DNA of 64,000 nt from Candidatus Bathyarchaeota archaeon (lineage in GTDB: Archaea; Thermoproteota; CALKCG01; B24). This document shows, in pieces, positions 59,320-64,000 of the stretch. A program made the translations under genes and the position numbers. The DNA is taken from the NCBI GenBank assembly GCA_018396755.1, contig JAGTQM010000004.1:17099-81098 (forward strand), read 5' to 3'. The notes under the pieces are model-generated. The model saw nothing but the letters and a program-made list of their open reading frames with translations, made no database searches and was not told the DNA's origin. How positions within the stretch are numbered: position 1 is the first letter of the stretch; each line of letters starts with the position of its first letter.

Positions 59320-60765
59320 CTATAGTATTCCGGATAAAGCATCGACCAATTGAACATATTTCTCTAGGAGTTTCAAGTATTTCGCAGTATTTTCTCCAGT
59401 AGGCTTGAAAAGCTTTTTTATCTTAACGACTCTACCCACTATCTCTTCGATCCTTCCACTTGTGCAACCCCACATAGCTAATATAGCTGAGCCGATGGCT
59501 GAATCAGGCTCCTCAACTACGTAAACATCTCTATTTGAAACATCGGCTATTATCTCCATAAATAGATCGTTCCTGGAGGCACCTCCGCTCACTCTAAGAT
59601 CGTATATTTTAACCTTCGTCACGTCTTCTACCGCATCCAGCATGAGCCTAAGTGCTAAAGCAGACCCCTCCAACATACTTCTAAAAATAGCACCTGGGTT
59701 CGCAGTAATCTCTGAAAGACCGATGAAAAACCCTCTAACATTAGGATGGGTCTTCGGTACCCTCACACCATACCACTCTGTACACGCAATTAGCCCCTCA
59801 CAACCTGGTGGGACTTTTCTAGCCATATCAGTGAGTTCTATAAGACTTTTACCTAGAAGCCTACTCATAGCGTCTAATGCTGTTGTCCCCGCGTTTGTAA
59901 ATCCTCCGGCTAAGAACAGGTTGTTGATGTAGGTTTTATAGTAAAACCTCTGAGACATGTCTGGCACTGGCTTATCAACGACTACGTGAACGGTTAAAGC
60001 AGTGCCAATAGTCGCGTTTGCCTGCCCAGCTTTTATAGCGCCTGAAGTTATATCTCCAGCACTAGCATCCGTAACCCCGTTTACTACGGGTATTCCACTA
60101 GGTAGACCTGTTTCCAAGGACGCTTCTTCCGTCACATAACCCACTATAGAGCATATAGGCTTTAATTCAGGCATAAGGTCTACGGAAACGTTTACGTCTT
60201 CATACGTCTCTTCAAGGTATTTTAAGTCGTCTAATAGTGCGTGAGATTTTCCAGCAGTATTATTAGATGAAGCAAATATCCCAGTCAACTTGTAGACTGC
60301 GTAGTCACTCTCGTGAAGTATCTTATGGATTCTACCGTAGAAGTCGCAGTTTTTCTTAAGCCACATTACTTTAGGTAAGACCAACTGAGGCGTTATGGGT
60401 AGGAAGACTTCAAATTCACGTGCTTTAAGGCTGGCTCTTCTAAGCTCTTCAGCTTCTACTACGGCTCTACTATCATTGTACATTATAAGGGGGTATAAAG
60501 GCGTCCCTTTCCTATCCAACGGCACGATGGTGCCACTCGTAGCGTCGACACAAACTCCTTCAACTTCATCCTTAAGCTTGAGCTTCTTCAAAGTTTCGCA
60601 TACCCTCTTCCATAGCATTAGAGGGTCTCGCTCTACAAAACCACTCTTAGGCTGACGTATAAGGTCGTAAACTGGTGTTGAAACCTCTTCTTCAACACTG
60701 CCTTCACTACTCACTACAACTGCTTTAACATTCTTAGTGCCTATATCTAAGCCTAGGAAATACAT
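59320..60765 (-). CDS. FGGY-family carbohydrate kinase
   Basis: GLDIGT, DATSGT, MYNDSRA, GVTDASA, SGGASRN. Confidence 0.9.
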   Translation of the reverse strand: MYFLGLDIGTKNVKAVVVSSEGSVEEEVSTPVYDLIRQPKSGFVERDPLMLWKRVCETLKKLKLKDEVEGVCVDATSGTIVPLDRKGTPLYPLIMYNDSRAVVEAEELRRASLKAREFEVFLPITPQLVLPKVMWLKKNCDFYGRIHKILHESDYAVYKLTGIFASSNNTAGKSHALLDDLKYLEETYEDVNVSVDLMPELKPICSIVGYVTEEASLETGLPSGIPVVNGVTDASAGDITSGAIKAGQANATIGTALTVHVVVDKPVPDMSQRFYYKTYINNLFLAGGFTNAGTTALDAMSRLLGKSLIELTDMARKVPPGCEGLIACTEWYGVRVPKTHPNVRGFFIGLSEITANPGAIFRSMLEGSALALRLMLDAVEDVTKVKIYDLRVSGGASRNDLFMEIIADVSNRDVYVVEEPDSAIGSAILAMWGCTSGRIEEIVGRVVKIKKLFKPTGENTAKYLKLLEKYVQLVDALSGIL

Positions 60766-60834
60766 CTTATCAAACTCCTCAAAATAACTGTTTCCCGGTT
60801 TAAAAATTAATCATTTTCCCTTAAAAACCACATT

Positions 60835-60895
60835 TTTCTTATGTCTTCTGAAGTACATTATGTTATTGAACGTCGTACAGCTTGAAGCCAGTCTT
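60835..60895 (-). mobile_element. Degenerate integrase 3'-end repeat copy
   Basis: Reads KTGFKL / TTFNNIMYFRRHKK. The upstream 60900-61170 region also looks like decayed coding sequence. Confidence 0.55.
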
Positions 60896-61236
60896 CCACA
60901 AACGTTTAGACGGCATATTGGACATTTAACTTTAAGCCCATTTGGAGCGTTTAAATTTCCATGGTATTTTTATAGATTTTCAATCTAACCCCCTCCCTAG
61001 ATGTTTTCCAGGTTTGAGAGAACTCTAATATTCAAACCCTCTTCTGTTTTCACCATGATATATCTGTTTTTGTTTGAATTTTAGATCCCCCTAGTGCCCT
61101 TGCGATGGTCTCTCATACATTTTTATGAACACGCTCATGGCCAAAGCCTGTTTCTGAAGAAGTTTTCAAAATAGAGTTAGAGCGGGCCCCGCTCTTATAA
61201 GTTCTTTACCATAAAATAGAAAAATATGGAGTGAAT

Positions 61237-63248
61237 TTACGCAATCGGTGGGAATAAAGTGAAATTTATTGCTACTGCTATTAGGACTTCTAACGTGTAT
61301 CCTAATATAAAGCCTCCGATGAATGGTACAACCCATTCTTCATAGAGTTTGCTTCCACCCATCTTCAGTATTATCGATTTTATGATGAATGCTGTTAGGC
61401 AAGCGAACCATAATCCATGTAGTGACATCTCCCAACTCCATGTAACTATTGCCAGCAGTGGGTCCGGCATCCACATGAACCTTGTGTATAGATATCTCAT
61501 TACAACCATGAATATGAAGCCCGCCATCAGATGCGTGAAGCCTTCACTGAGTGGTGCCGCTAGTGGTCTATCCCAGAAGTTGCCGCATGTGTCAAAGTTT
61601 AGCGTACATAAAGTATAACCAAGTTTTGTTAATCCAAATATTCCTGGAATTGCTATTTGGTTGAAGCATGTTATAAAAGTCGCTATAACCATTGAAATGG
61701 CGACTATTTTTAACGCATTCCTAGGATGTATACCAAACTGATTTGCAATTTTATATGATGAAAGTGATGTGAAGAATGATGCTCCCCATCCTCCTCCACC
61801 CTCCACGCTTCCACCAGCAGTATGACCGATCCACTCTATGCTTAAAGCAGGTACTAACACGTAGTCTGTAGCAGTAACCTCAGGGTAATATTGAGTCGGC
61901 CAAGCCAAAAGCCTTATTATAGCGGGTGTAAAATCGTAACATGATTCTATTATGAAGCCTATACGAGCCCAAACTTGAGTTAAAACTATCCACGTTATAA
62001 CACCTACCAACGGTATTACAAAAGAAAGCCATGGGCTAAGACTAGTATACATCAGGAAAACCATGAGTCCCAAGTAGGACAATACAATTAACATCCACGA
62101 ACTATGATACGACATAGGCTCCCTCTTCTCAAACTCACTAGATTTTCTGAAAGCATATCTTAAAGTCTCAATAATGTAGCGTCTTTCTAAAATAATCGTT
62201 ATAACGAAAAGTCCGAGTGCTGCACCAGAAGTGACTGTTGAAAGATACAACGGCGGAGCTGAGTAAAGCGATATAGAACCGCACCAGTTACCCCAGTATA
62301 GTAACCAAATCCATAGTAAGCGGCGAAGAATGCGATCTCAGCGACAAGCGTATAGAACAGTGCACTGAACAGTGCGTGAAGAGGTACTAAGAGCATGAAT
62401 GCATGCATAGGTGGATGTTTGGCAAGGCCTAAATGCCAAGGTATGTCTGGTGGTGCTATCCAATGTGATCCCGGACCGCATGTATTGCTACGCCACATAT
62501 ACAGGTCTGGAAACCATGGGAAAAGCGTCGCCCCACTTAAAGGTATGCCTAGCAGGAATCCGAGAAGCATACCGATGAGAAACTGCGTTTTAGACTTTCG
62601 CTCCTTTCTACCTATGCCTTCAATATTCATTAGACATGTTTGGACAACTGTAACATAAGGGAATGGAAGCTTCTCAACATCTATCCACTCACGGCGGAAA
62701 ACGTTAGCTATACCTATTCCAACACCAGCAAATAGTATGACCAGTAGAAATCTCCACAGTATCGCTGGGAACAATATATCCCACGGTAAAACTCCGAGAT
62801 TTCCAACACCTCGAAGTAACATTTCACTAACATCTTTAGGAAGCATGAAGAATTCAGGTGTATACTTAGCGACAGTATCTGAAACAGATACGCGAACTAA
62901 TAAGAACATAGTGTTACGAGTCTGTACTGTGGCAAAGTGCGTATAAAACGACGTGGTTATCATAGTAATGCTAAGATATGCTAGATTCGTTCTACTAAGA
63001 TATTTCCGCAGAGGCTGAAAATACTGAAGAGCCATGACAACCAAAAAGGCGACAAAAGGACCACCTACAAACTCAGTCCCAGGCGTAGGAAGCAAAGTAT
63101 TAACTCTCTGAGTACATCGAGCTAAAGGCGGTAGAAGAGCCTCAAAGAAGTTCCAGAAAAACGCTGTGATAATGCTCAGAACAGTTATCCACAAGAATGC
63201 TCCACCAGTAATCTTCTCCTCAGTAATTTCTTTCCCACTTTTCTTCAC
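61237..63248 (-). pseudogene. Multi-TM OPT-like (DUF6785/DUF6784-type) putative transporter, paralogue 3, frameshifted near 62284-62291
   Basis: The N-half has RREWIDVEKLPFP, FPWFPD and GYYTG. The C-half resumes in another frame as NWCGSISLYSAPPLYL...KMGGSKLYE. Confidence 0.75.
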
Positions 63249-63397
63249 CCAATAATCCTTCTACGTCAAAGTTATATATATTACTGTTAACTTTCCTATT
63301 GGATAAAGCTAGCCTACTCCTGTAATTGTGAAAGAATCTATCATAGGATACCTCTAATAAAATCAACTATTTGTAGCGAGGACTGAACAACGGAGAT

Positions 63398-63426
63398 GAA
63401 CAATTAGGTTTTTATTCTAATTGTTC
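63398..63426. promoter_or_regulatory. Inverted repeat GAACAATTAG-N9-CTAATTGTTC upstream of RuBisCO
   Basis: Perfect 10-bp arms around a T-rich spacer, ending 26 nt before the ATG. Confidence 0.5.
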
Positions 63427-63452
63427 TGACCATTAGATAGGTGTCTATTTTC

Positions 63453-64000
63453 ATGAGTATTGGGAAAGAGTGGTTTGAAGAAGAATTTTGGATAAAAACA
63501 TTCACAGCTGGTGTTGAAGAGATAGACCCAGACCGTTACGTTACATGTACATACTATATAACTCCAAAAGAGGGTCTTAGCCTTCAAGGTGCTGCGATAA
63601 ACCTTGCGGCTGAACAATCGATAGGAACGTGGACGAAAGTTGTGACAATGACTGATAGAGTGTTAAAGCTGGCTGGTAAAGTTTTCCACGTGGAAAAGTT
63701 GAACGGTGGAGGATTGGTGCAAGTAGCCTTTCCTCTAGATCTATTCGATTTGGAAGCTGGGATTTCACATATTCTTTCAATAGTGGCTGGCAATCTTTTC
63801 GGAATAGGTGCTTTAAAGAGCGTAAGACTACTGGATGTGAATTTACCTAAGCAGTACGTTAAGATGTTTAAAGGGCCGAAGTTCGGTATAGATGGTGTGA
63901 GGAAAATCATCGGCACTGCTAGGAATCCAAGGCCTCACCTAGGTACAATAATCAAGCCTAAAGTAGGGCTTAACCCTGATGAAACAGCTAAAGTGGCTTA
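63453..64000 (+). CDS. rbcL: RuBisCO large subunit, form III-type (3'-truncated by window; missing from the ORF track)
   Basis: Manual translation gives AAEQSIGTWT, VAGNLFG, RLLDV, FKGPKFGIDGVR, RPHLGTIIKPKVGL. Confidence 0.85.
   Translation, partial: MSIGKEWFEEEFWIKTFTAGVEEIDPDRYVTCTYYITPKEGLSLQGAAINLAAEQSIGTWTKVVTMTDRVLKLAGKVFHVEKLNGGGLVQVAFPLDLFDLEAGISHILSIVAGNLFGIGALKSVRLLDVNLPKQYVKMFKGPKFGIDGVRKIIGTARNPRPHLGTIIKPKVGLNPDETAKVA

Noticed and set aside
1-64000. Many 60-170 aa ORFs antisense to or overlapping long genes (e.g. 317..547, 35960..36445, 37616..38116, 63584..63916)
   Set aside because: Shadow ORFs of well-supported genes with no motifs of their own.
1-64000. Genome-wide TAG recoding (pyrrolysine code), suggested by TAGs in the GH4, AbrB and integrase relics
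   Set aside because: Several intact genes end in TAG at their expected C-termini, and the other TAGs lie in sequences that are also frameshifted.
1-64000. CRISPR array, tRNA or rRNA genes
   Set aside because: No regularly spaced repeats, cloverleaf/T-loop signatures or rRNA-like GC-rich stretches were seen.

Overview
Archaeal chromosomal window (roughly 40% GC, TATA-box promoters, GGAGGTGA-type SD sites, thermosome, aIF2-beta, Trm112, form III RuBisCO). The gene content and integrase type suggest a TACK archaeon, most likely Bathyarchaeia; this is an inference. Housekeeping genes (por operon, thermosome, NusA-like, MetRS, aIF2-beta, topoisomerase IA, PEPCK, P-type ATPase) are interleaved with many carbohydrate and peptide catabolism genes: two GH4, GH2, esterases, a sulfatase-like enzyme, two FGGY kinases, an EryC-like epimerase and two aldolases. 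Main signals: (1) three paralogues of a ~660-aa, Cys-motif, multi-TM OPT-like/DUF6785-DUF6784 membrane protein, each beside sugar-processing genes, with no ABC/MFS sugar transporter in the window; this is a candidate undescribed carbohydrate importer family. (2) Many intergenic spacers contain decayed copies of the 3' end of one tyrosine-recombinase gene, a cryptic dispersed repeat that borders accessory genes. (3) One or two unannotated C/D-box sRNAs. (4) Several broken or catalytically altered genes: an in-frame amber in a GH4, a microhomology deletion in a transporter paralogue, homopolymer frameshifts, a Cys-less nucleotide-sugar dehydrogenase and a Thr-type sulfatase. No tRNA, rRNA or CRISPR array was seen. 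All family calls are from motif recognition by eye; no database search was run.
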